DNA from: Mycolicibacterium smegmatis
Lineage (GTDB): Bacteria > Actinomycetota > Actinomycetes > Mycobacteriales > Mycobacteriaceae
Reading direction: 5' to 3'
DNA: 32,000 bases
Assembly: GCF_001457595.1 (NCBI RefSeq)
Contig: NZ_LN831039.1
Coordinates: 4,980,001 to 5,012,000 of the forward strand
In this document: positions 27,550 to 32,000 of the stretch, in pieces
Position numbering within the stretch: the first letter of the stretch is position 1
Layout of the letters: each line of letters begins with the position of its first letter
The notes under the pieces: model-generated
Told to the model about the DNA's origin: nothing
Seen by the model: only the letters and a program-made list of their open reading frames with translations
Database searches by the model: none
Position numbers and translations under genes: made by a program

Positions 27550-28569
27550 TCACTCGAACGCTCCCGGCAACATGTCACGGTAGGTCGGTATTCCGGCCAC
27601 CGATTCGGCGGCCAGCACCCCGACCAGCACCGCGCGGGCCAGACAGTCCGCGGCGGCCGCCCCGACCTGCGTCACCAGCCTGGTCTCCGGCGACATCGCC
27701 GTCGGCGTCTTCGGGTCGGGCGGCACCGCCACCCGGCCGGTCGCCAGCGCGAACACCGTATCGCCATCGAGCGGGGTGTGACACGGCCGGAGGGTGCGCG
27801 CGAGACCGTCGTGCGACGCGACCGCGACGCGTTTGCACGCGGCCGGGCTCAGTTCGGCGTCGGTCGCGACGACCGCGATGGTGGTGTTGAGCGGGCTGAG
27901 TTCGGTGCGCAGATCGGCGTAGCCGGTCAGCCGGTCGGCCGGCGGCGGGATCAGGCCGAACTCCTCGACGTACTCGGCCATCCACGGCAGGCCCGTGGCC
28001 GGGTCGACCGCGTCGCCAGCGGCGTTGACCACCACCACCGCGCCCACGGTGACGCCGTTCTCCAACGTCATCGACGCGGTTCCGACACCGCCCTTGAGCA
28101 CCCCGACACGCGCGCCGACGCCCGCGCCGACGGTGCCGAGCGCGAACTCGGTGCCCGCCGAGGCGGCGGCCTCGTAACCGAACTGGGCGGTCGGGCGGGC
28201 ACCCCACGCGCCGACCGGCAGGTCGAAGATCACCGCGGCGGGCACGATGGGCACCACGCCGCCCTCCATCGCCACGCCGCGGCCCTGCTCCTCCAGCCAG
28301 GTCATGACGCCGTCGGCCGCGGCCAGGCCGTAGGCGCTGCCGCCGGTGAGGACCACCGCGTCGACGTGGCGGACGGTGTTGCACGGGTCGAGCAGGTCGG
28401 TCTCGCGGGTGCCGGGCGCCCCGCCACGGCCGTCGACGGCGCCGACGGTGCCCGGCGGTGTGAGCACCACGGTGGTTCCCGAGGCCCACCCCGAGCCGAG
28501 GACTGCATCCGGGTCGAGACGGTGATGGTGGCCGACCAGGATCCCCGCGACGTCGGTGATCGAGCCCAT
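27550..28569 (-). CDS. P1/S58 (DmpA-type) peptidase family protein (Rv1333-like)
   Basis: MGSITDVAGILVGHH...GTTVVL...GGAPGTRETDLL is typical of the N-terminus of DmpA/BapA-type Ntn hydrolases. Confidence 0.8.
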   Translation of the reverse strand: MGSITDVAGILVGHHHRLDPDAVLGSGWASGTTVVLTPPGTVGAVDGRGGAPGTRETDLLDPCNTVRHVDAVVLTGGSAYGLAAADGVMTWLEEQGRGVAMEGGVVPIVPAAVIFDLPVGAWGARPTAQFGYEAAASAGTEFALGTVGAGVGARVGVLKGGVGTASMTLENGVTVGAVVVVNAAGDAVDPATGLPWMAEYVEEFGLIPPPADRLTGYADLRTELSPLNTTIAVVATDAELSPAACKRVAVASHDGLARTLRPCHTPLDGDTVFALATGRVAVPPDPKTPTAMSPETRLVTQVGAAAADCLARAVLVGVLAAESVAGIPTYRDMLPGAFE

Positions 28570-28575
28570 GAGTCC

Positions 28576-29154
28576 CTACTTCCCCACCAGTTCGAGCACC
28601 AGGTACTCCTGCAGCACCGTCAGCCACTGGTAGACGTCGAGGTGACCGGCCATCGGGTGCTCGGGAGGCAGCCGGTCGGGCCCGTCGGGGCCGATCTCCA
28701 GCAGCGTGCCGAGCGCCAGCCGCACGTCGTTGACCGCGGCCGCCCACGCGTGCGCATCGTCCTCGGTGAGCTCGAACTTGCCGCCGCCGTCGGGCATGGT
28801 GTCCAACAAACGTTGCGCTGCTTGACGTTTGGCGTCGATGATCTGGGGCTCGTGCAGACCGCGCAGCGCGCTGTTGAGGCTCTCCGCGGTGCCCGATCCG
28901 GCCGGGTGATCGGTCTGCGGCCGGAAGAAATCCGGCAGCAGACGCTTCATGGTGGCATCCTCGGGCGGCCGGGAATGCCCGGTCTTGATGCCGGTTATCG
29001 CTTCGAGTTCGTCTGCGGGAGCTGACGATTCGCGTTCGTCGAGCATTCCGAGCATCGAACCGACCAGGCTGGACAGCAACGCGGCCTCGTGCCCCTCGAG
29101 AGCCGACCGGAACCGCGGCCCGTCAGCGGCCTCGACCCGCTTCCACTTGCGCAC
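28576..29154 (-). CDS. DUF2017-type protein (Rv1332-like)
   Basis: 192 aa, acidic, no catalytic motif recognised. Lies 6 nt downstream of clpS, as in other actinobacteria. Confidence 0.7.
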   Translation of the reverse strand: MRKWKRVEAADGPRFRSALEGHEAALLSSLVGSMLGMLDERESSAPADELEAITGIKTGHSRPPEDATMKRLLPDFFRPQTDHPAGSGTAESLNSALRGLHEPQIIDAKRQAAQRLLDTMPDGGGKFELTEDDAHAWAAAVNDVRLALGTLLEIGPDGPDRLPPEHPMAGHLDVYQWLTVLQEYLVLELVGK

Positions 29155-29160
29155 CGTCGA

Positions 29161-29463
29161 TCAGCGGTCCTGTTGCATGGTGGCCCACAGCCCCGCGGCG
29201 TGCAGTTTGGACACGTCGACCTCCATCGACTCACGGCTGCCGGCCGACACCACGGCCTTGCCCTCGTTGTGCACCTGAAGCATGAGCTTCGTGGCATGCG
29301 GTTCGCTGTACCCGAACAGCTTCTGGAATACGTAGGTGACGTAGCTCATCAGGTTGACCGGATCGTCCCAGACGATGGTCACCCACGGAGCTTCGGTGGA
29401 CTCGACCGAGGCGACATCGACTTCTTCTCGGGTTCCCGGTCGCGCCTTCGCCGGTGTAACCAT
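29161..29463 (-). CDS. clpS: ATP-dependent Clp protease adaptor ClpS
   Basis: [27 protein letters not shown]...[16 protein letters not shown]. Confidence 0.95.
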   Translation of the reverse strand: MVTPAKARPGTREEVDVASVESTEAPWVTIVWDDPVNLMSYVTYVFQKLFGYSEPHATKLMLQVHNEGKAVVSAGSRESMEVDVSKLHAAGLWATMQQDR

Positions 29464-29529
29464 GTCGCCACAATACCCATCGGGGTGCGGTGATCTTCAA
29501 CGCGCCGTCGTTGCTCTACGGTTGCAGAT

Positions 29530-30834
29530 GTGACGGTCGCGCTGCTCACCGACAAATACGAGCTGACCATGCTTGCCGCCGCGCTGCGTGACGGCACCGC
29601 GCACCGCAGGACCACCTTCGAGGTGTTCGCCCGCCGCCTGCCCGAGGGCCGCCGCTACGGCGTCGTGGCCGGGACCGCGCGGTTCCTCGAAGCCCTGACG
29701 CAGTACCGGTTCGACCCGGCCGACCTGGGCCTGCTGCGCGGCTTTCTCGACGCCGACACGCTCGACTACCTGGCGGGCTACCGGTTCGGCGGCGACATCG
29801 ACGGCTACCCCGAGGGCGAGCTGTACTTCCCGGGCTCCCCGATCCTGTCGGTGCACGGCACGTTCGCCGAGTGCGTGCTGCTGGAGACGCTGGTGCTGTC
29901 AATCTTCAACCACGACACCGCGATCGCATCGGCGGCCGCACGCATGGCCAGCGCCGCGCAGGGCCGCCCGCTGATCGAGATGGGCTCGCGCCGCACCCAC
30001 GAGCACGCCGCCGTCGCCGCGGCCCGCGCGGCGTATCTGGCGGGCTTCGCCGGATCGTCGAACCTTGAGGCCCAGCGCCGCTACGGCGTGCCCGCGCTGG
30101 GCACCGCCGCGCACGCCTACACGTTGCTGCACACCACCGCCTCGGGCCCCGACGAGCAGGCCGCGTTCCGCGGCCAGGTCGCCGCGCTCGGCACCGACAC
30201 CACGCTGCTGGTCGACACCTACGACATCACCGCAGGCGTCGCCAACGCGATCGCCGCGGCAGGCCCGAAGCTCGGCGCGGTGCGGATCGACTCGGGCGAT
30301 CTGGGGGTGCTGGCACGGCAGGTGCGTGCCCAGCTGGACGATCTGGGTGCCACCGAGACGAAGATCGTGGTGTCCGGTGACCTCGACGAGTACGCGATCG
30401 CGGCGCTGCGCGCCGAACCCGTCGACAGCTACGGCGTGGGCACGTCTGTGGTCACCGGTTCCGGCGCCCCGACCGCGAGCATGGTCTACAAGCTGGTCGA
30501 GGTCGACGGCATGCCGGTGGCCAAACGCAGCAGCAGCAAGGAATCCCACGGCGGCCGCAAGGAGGCGCTGCGGGTCGCGAAGGCCTCCGGCACCATCGTC
30601 GAAGAGGTGGTGTACCCGTACGGCAAACCGCCGCAGATCGAATCCCCGCTCACCGCAAGGAAGCTCACCGTGCCGCTGGTGGCGGGCGGCAAACCCGTCG
30701 AGGGGTACTCCGACGACCTGTCCGCTGCGCGCGAGCGCGTCCGCGCCGGGCTGCACAGCCTGCCGTGGGACGGCCTCAAGCTGTCCCGCGGCGAACCGGC
30801 GATCCCGACGCGGATGACCGCGGACGAGCGTTAG
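29530..30834 (+). CDS. pncB: nicotinate phosphoribosyltransferase
   Basis: GTG start. LLTDKYELTMLAA...GSRRTHE...GTAAHAY...DTYD. Confidence 0.93.
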   Translation: MTVALLTDKYELTMLAAALRDGTAHRRTTFEVFARRLPEGRRYGVVAGTARFLEALTQYRFDPADLGLLRGFLDADTLDYLAGYRFGGDIDGYPEGELYFPGSPILSVHGTFAECVLLETLVLSIFNHDTAIASAAARMASAAQGRPLIEMGSRRTHEHAAVAAARAAYLAGFAGSSNLEAQRRYGVPALGTAAHAYTLLHTTASGPDEQAAFRGQVAALGTDTTLLVDTYDITAGVANAIAAAGPKLGAVRIDSGDLGVLARQVRAQLDDLGATETKIVVSGDLDEYAIAALRAEPVDSYGVGTSVVTGSGAPTASMVYKLVEVDGMPVAKRSSSKESHGGRKEALRVAKASGTIVEEVVYPYGKPPQIESPLTARKLTVPLVAGGKPVEGYSDDLSAARERVRAGLHSLPWDGLKLSRGEPAIPTRMTADER

Positions 30835-30837
30835 GAG

Positions 30838-32000
30838 TTGGCCACGTCCGCCCCCGCTCACATCAATCTGGTCACCAAGCTGCTCAACGTCGCCGTCGAA
30901 GGCCTGGGCGGCGCCACCCGCCCGGGCCAGGTCCGCATGGCCCAGGCCGTCGCCGACGCGTTCGAGACCGGCGAGCACCTGGCCGTGCAGGCAGGCACCG
31001 GCACGGGCAAGTCGCTGGCCTACCTCGTGCCGTCGATCGCCCGGGCGATGGAGACCGAGCAGACCGTCGTGGTGTCGACGGCGACCATCGCGCTGCAACG
31101 CCAGCTCGTCGACCGCGACCTGCCGCGGCTGGCGGACTCGCTGACCGACGTGCTGCCCCGCCGCCCGCGTTTCGCGCTGCTCAAGGGACGCGGAAATTAC
31201 CTGTGCCTCAACAAGATTCACAACGGCGCGGCGGCCGAACCGGACGACCGGCCACAGGACGAACTGTTCAACCCCGTCGCGATGACGGCGCTGGGCCGTG
31301 ACGTCCAGCGGCTCATCGAATGGTCGTCGGACACCGAGACCGGTGACCGCGACGAGCTCACGCCCGGTGTGCCCGACCGGTCGTGGAGCCAGGTCAGCGT
31401 GTCGGCCCGCGAATGCATCGGGGTGTCGCGGTGCCCGTTCGGCACCGACTGCTTCGCCGAGCGCGCCCGCGACAAGGCGGGCAACGCCGACATCGTGGTG
31501 ACCAACCACGCGCTGCTGGCGATCGACGCGCTGTCGGACTATTCCGTGCTGCCCGAGTACGAGCTGCTGGTGGTCGACGAGGCGCACGAGCTGGCCGACC
31601 GGGTGACCGGTGTGGCGACCGGCGAGCTGTCCCCCACGTCGATGGGTGTGGCCCACCGGCGCGCGGCCCGGCTGGTCGACGCCGAACTCGCCGAACGTCT
31701 CGAGGCGTCGATCGCGACCCTGTCGTCGATGGTCTACGACGTCCCGGCGGGCCGCCTCGATGTGCTCGACGAGGAACTCGCGACGTATCTGACCGCCGTG
31801 CGCGACTCCGCCAACACCGTGCGCATGGCCATCGACACCACGCCGAGCGACCCGCAGGCCGCCGCGGCGCGCACCGAGGCCGTGACCGCGCTCAACGAGG
31901 TCGCCGACACCGCCACCCGGATCCTCACGTCGTTCGTGCCGCCCATCCCCGACCGTGTCGACGTGGTGTGGCTCGAGCACGACGAAGGGCCGCCACGCGC
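30838..32000 (+). CDS. dinG: DinG/XPD-like ATP-dependent DNA helicase, N-terminal part (continues beyond the window)
   Basis: Frame open to the window edge. Walker A QAGTGTGKSLAYL, DEAH box LVVDEAHEL, and a four-Cys FeS-domain pattern (YLC..., ARECIGVSRCPFGTDC). An in-frame TAG at 30832-30834 forces the start to 30835 or later. TTG 30838 is the only candidate before the conserved N-terminus, but it directly abuts AGGAG, so the start is uncertain. Confidence 0.85.
   Translation, partial: MATSAPAHINLVTKLLNVAVEGLGGATRPGQVRMAQAVADAFETGEHLAVQAGTGTGKSLAYLVPSIARAMETEQTVVVSTATIALQRQLVDRDLPRLADSLTDVLPRRPRFALLKGRGNYLCLNKIHNGAAAEPDDRPQDELFNPVAMTALGRDVQRLIEWSSDTETGDRDELTPGVPDRSWSQVSVSARECIGVSRCPFGTDCFAERARDKAGNADIVVTNHALLAIDALSDYSVLPEYELLVVDEAHELADRVTGVATGELSPTSMGVAHRRAARLVDAELAERLEASIATLSSMVYDVPAGRLDVLDEELATYLTAVRDSANTVRMAIDTTPSDPQAAAARTEAVTALNEVADTATRILTSFVPPIPDRVDVVWLEHDEGPPR

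Overview
High-GC actinobacterial chromosomal segment: 34 protein genes, all named below, and one tRNA. No IS element, integrase, prophage, CRISPR array or recognisable defence genes. Gene content and order from about 21.3 kb to the right edge match the Mycobacterium tuberculosis Rv1343c-Rv1329c neighbourhood: lprD-like, DUF3817, rdgB, rph, Rv1339-type MBL hydrolase, murI, rhomboid, cysM, cysO, mec, DmpA-type peptidase, DUF2017, clpS, pncB, dinG. The flanking genes point to a fast-growing Mycobacterium/Mycolicibacterium (smegmatis-like) genome. The left two thirds hold accessory metabolism. (i) 1-10.5 kb is an acyl-CoA module: ACAD, two acyl-CoA ligases, a plant-type 2Fe-2S ferredoxin, a family III CoA-transferase, an LLM/F420-type oxidoreductase, a split B12-dependent acyl-CoA mutase, an HSDL2-like SDR, a small two-repeat protein and an MHS-family MFS transporter. 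(ii) 10.5-15.3 kb holds an MFS-LacI operon and a P450/APH-like kinase operon that share a duplicated leader. (iii) Then come ahpC-ahpD, a roughly 590-bp ORF-poor gap, a lipoprotein Zn-metallopeptidase with a Pro-rich DUF4333 protein, and a FadD32-like fatty acyl-AMP ligase that abuts a convergent tRNA-Leu(UAG). The most notable sequence-level signals are: a chain of stop/start-overlapping cistrons linking the B12 mutase, the LLM oxidoreductase and the CoA-transferase; a perfect 32-bp tandem duplication between the two mutase subunit genes that creates two identical 10-codon mini-ORFs; a 28-bp promoter/operator element repeated in the mutase/SDR divergent region; and a roughly 60-nt paralogous leader in front of both operons flanking the LacI gene. 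Functional calls rest on motif recognition by eye. No database search was possible.
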